Assembly: GCA_001949185.1 (NCBI GenBank) | Contig: BDGG01000003.1 | Coordinates: 4,075,158-4,139,157, forward strand | Direction of reading: 5' to 3' | DNA from: Ramazzottius varieornatus | Lineage: Eukaryota; Animalia; Tardigrada | Length of the DNA: 64,000 bases | In this document: positions 61,201 to 64,000 of the stretch, in pieces | How the letters are laid out: each line of letters starts with the position of its first letter | Numbering within the stretch: position 1 is the first letter of the stretch | The notes under the pieces: model-generated | Databases searched by the model: none | What the model was told of the DNA's origin: nothing | The model's input: the letters and a program-made list of their open reading frames with translations, nothing else | Position numbers and translations under genes: made by a program

Positions 61201-62424
61201 CTTCCGATCAATAACATCGGAAACTTGCGCCACTTGGGGTTTCCTAATCAAACTGGACAGGATCGTTTTCCCAAGTGGTGCATCCTTTAGGTTTGCTCCG
61301 CTTGGATATACAAACTGATTGAGTTGGTGTGCCGATCTTCTACATTTTTCTTTCAGTGTTTTGATGCTAATTCTGGTCTGATTGTAGTTTCGAGATGCCC
61401 AGGACGCGAAACGGGCGATGGAACAGCTCAACGGCTTTGAGCTGGCTGGTCGGGCCATGAAGATAGGCCATGTGACGGACAGGAGCGAGAATGGTGGTCA
61501 GGGCTCACTGGATGTGGACGACATGGACCGTCCGGGCTTCGATCTAGGTCCCACTGGTCGTCTGCAGCTGATGGCCAAGCTGGCGGAAGGTACCGGTCTC
61601 AAGATTCCCCAACAAGCCCAGCAGACGCCGACACCCGCAGCTAGTCCGGCTGCACCCATCGCCACGCAGTGCTTCATGCTGTCCAACATGTTCGACCCCA
61701 AGACGGAGACGGACCCTGACTGGGACCAGGAATTGGCGCAGGAGATCGTGGATGAATGTAGCCAGTATGGTGGTGTGGTCCATGTCAGCGTGGACAAGAA
61801 TTCACCGGAGGGACTGGTGTACGTCAAGTCTGTGTCCATTTCCGCAGCGGCGCTGGCTGTCCAACATCTTCACGGACGATACTTTGCTGGTACATCTCGG
61901 AGACGCTCATGAGAAGAGATAGAGATGATAGGGGGAGCTCGCCAGACACGGCAAGATTGTTTTCCCCAGGTGGCGCATGCTTCTAGTGTGACTGGCTGGA
62001 AGCGTGCGCCACTTGAGACAACGATATGCTGAAGTTTGTATGTCGAGCTCCTCTACGGCAGAGTAACTCAAGTGGGGGGAGCATAATGGGGCATTTATCG
62101 AAGGCAGCGATGACGTTAAGCGCGTCGTCTGTTTAAAATGATGCCAAAATTATAAGACTCTTACTTGGTCACTGGTCACGGGCTTTTCCATGGCTTTCCA
62201 GTATTACCCAGTAAGTGTACATGTTGCTCAGAAAATCCAGAGGGTAGATTAGCATCGAAGAACGGAGATGAGCGCGACTGAAATTTGTTTTGAAATATGG
62301 AGTAATGGTTTCTCTTCTTGCAGGAAGGATGATTACCGCCAACTATATTCCGCCGATGAACTATCATCAGCTTTTCAAGGAATCGCTGAAGGCTGTCACA
62401 CCTTTACCGCCATCGACAGCTTAA
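58204..62424 (+). CDS. RBM39: RNA-binding protein 39 (Caper; RS domain, 2 RRMs, UHM)
   Basis: MSESDVVDDLLEAPF; RS domain; EERDQRTVFAMQL...RRSKGIAYIEF; GPMRLYVGSLHFNITEDML; GRLQLMAKLAEGTG; IATQCFMLSNMFDP; LHGRYFAGRMITANY. Confidence 0.95.
60217..60333. mobile_element. Hairpin MITE family copy (RBM39 intron)
   Basis: AGCTCTGCAAACAAAC...CCCAGGTGGCG...CCACTTGGG...GTCGAGTTTGTTTGCCGAGCT. Confidence 0.8.
61151..61333. mobile_element. Hairpin MITE family, double-core form (RBM39 intron)
   Basis: CGGGAGCCGGGCAAACGAAC followed by two cores. Confidence 0.7.
61931..62053. mobile_element. Hairpin MITE family copy (RBM39 last intron)
   Basis: TA-GGGGGAGCTCGCC...CAGGTGGCGCATGCTT...AAGCGTGCGCCACTTG...CGAGCTCCTC-TA. 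Confidence 0.8.
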
Positions 62425-62812
62425 AACTTTTCACTTGTTGCTTTACTATCACATCTTTTCTTGGGTTAGAACAGAACATACCATACCACGATGGCTTCTC
62501 AGTCAGCTTTTTATCCCTGCTACCTCCAACTGCGTTGTACATTGTCTATCTTTTGCTTCAGTGAGTTCGTACTGGCAAAAATTTCTTTATTACTACGTTT
62601 TTGGTAGCTTTTTCGGATTCACATTCAGGCACATTTGTTTTGAAAGTTGTAAACTAGAAAATACTATTGTCTCAAACGGGCATATCATCTTGACAAGCCC
62701 TCGTCATGGAAGATTACCGGAATCTAACACAAAATGTTCTGTATAAAACTAGAAAAACCATGCGAAGTAACGGTAAGACTGTAAAATCGTAGAGCGGCGT
62801 TTGAAGTTGAGC

Positions 62813-64000
62813 TCAGTTGGTCAGTTCTTCCACGTAACTCAAGGGAAAATATCCGATCTGGAAAAGAACCACAAAGATAAGCTTGAGGGTTGCGGGCATG
62901 GTGAACTGTGAAGTAGTACCGCTTTCGTGCTCTTGCATACAGTAAACCCACATTCGCAAGGTACACGTGTATGTAGGTGCTGGAAAGACGTACACGTCAA
63001 TCAGCGACATCTATCGTTCACCTGCGTACAGCAATCGGTAACGTATTGCTGCATATGTGTATGCAGGTGCGTGAGCGACTGCGGTCACTCGGCGCTCTTC
63101 AAGCTACGGATAAAGCAGGCTCTAGATTTCTGTAGTTACCTTTCCATTACATCGGCCTTTCCACCAGCCGCGCTGTTCACCAGCTCGTGCCAGAATCTCC
63201 ACCTCATCACCCACACTGATCGTAAGCATATTAGCTGCCGTAGCGGAGAAGTTGTAGCGCACAACTGCGCGAGGATAAACGGGCTCTTCGCCGGGTTCGC
63301 CACTCCCCGAGGTCTGAGGCAACAACGCTTTCTTGTACGGTATCTTCAAATTGCAGTTCATGCCTTGGAAAGACTGGGCTAAACTGTTGTTCTCGTACCA
63401 CTGTACAAGTTCGGGTACGCTGCGGAAGTACTTTGCGGGTGCCAGGAAGAAGTTGTTCTCTGCTTGGAGGACCTTGATATGACGCACTTTGTCCTCGTAC
63501 CTAAAAGAGCAATCTAATTGTTACTCCCTCCATTATTACCAGAGGGAAAGCGCGTAAACTTACTTGATACTTATGGCTTTGTAAGATTCGCCTTTGTTAC
63601 TGATCCTCAAAAGGAATGTTCCGTTAGGAAACTTCTGAAGGATATCTCCAGCTTTGTCTCGGTCCATGCGACCCGCGAACCACGGGAATCCACTGAGCTG
63701 TTGCTCGTCCTCAGACTGGTAACTGAAGCTGCCGTTGGAAGATGGCGAGAAGGGATTGAAAGGCGAGACTGGGTTCGGTGTGGCAGGCGACAGCACGCTG
63801 CTGCGCGAGTTAGCACGAGGTAGTAGTACTCCGTTTTCCCTTTCTTGGTTCGGACTGTCTCTGCTAGTGGAAGAGCTCGGAGAAGCGGACTCCTCCCTCA
63901 GCGAAGCAGTGCTGCCTTGGCTGGAAGGACTTTCACCGAAGGAAGGTGTACCGGTGAATGCACCCATCGACATGGTCCGGGGGTTTCTCATCTTGTTCGT
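62813..64000 (-). CDS. VAV: Vav-like GEF, 3' part (SH2 and C-terminal SH3); continues beyond the window
   Basis: SH2 FPWFAGRMDR...NGTFLLR...AISIK|YEDKVRHIKV...FRSVPELVQWYENNSL; SH3 AVVRYNFSA...GWWKG...IGYFPLSYVEE*. Confidence 0.85.

Overview
Gene-dense eukaryotic (invertebrate animal) genomic DNA with many short GT-AG introns. The compact genes, opsin, FoxC, CCRFamide-type precursor and GPI-anchored Ly6 genes fit a small ecdysozoan genome such as a tardigrade; this assignment is inference only. In order, the window holds: a tRNA-Ser(GCT) pair around an assembly gap, an atypical opsin, INTS4, an SLC26A11-like transporter, two tandem Ly6/uPAR genes, an astacin, protein kinase D, a CCRFamide-like precursor, an uncharacterised gene, anillin, WDR54, glucosidase II alpha, a ~4 kb island of decayed sequences (LINE tail, Gly/Arg-rich ORF, chitin-binding and BTB remnants), FoxC, an unclassified neuropeptide precursor, Aurora kinase, RBM39 and the 3' end of Vav. 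One ~120-bp palindromic MITE-like family (core AAGTGGCGCAC...GTGCGCCACTT) recurs more than 25 times, mostly in introns, alongside several other TIR elements including a nested insertion. Best leads: (1) an opsin that keeps the retinal Lys but has lost DRY, E181 and NPxxY; (2) five K50-homeodomain sites clustered in a FoxC intron; (3) a predicted GAWKSWGWGPA-amide peptide; (4) the intronic hairpin family. Exon boundaries were read by eye and are approximate.
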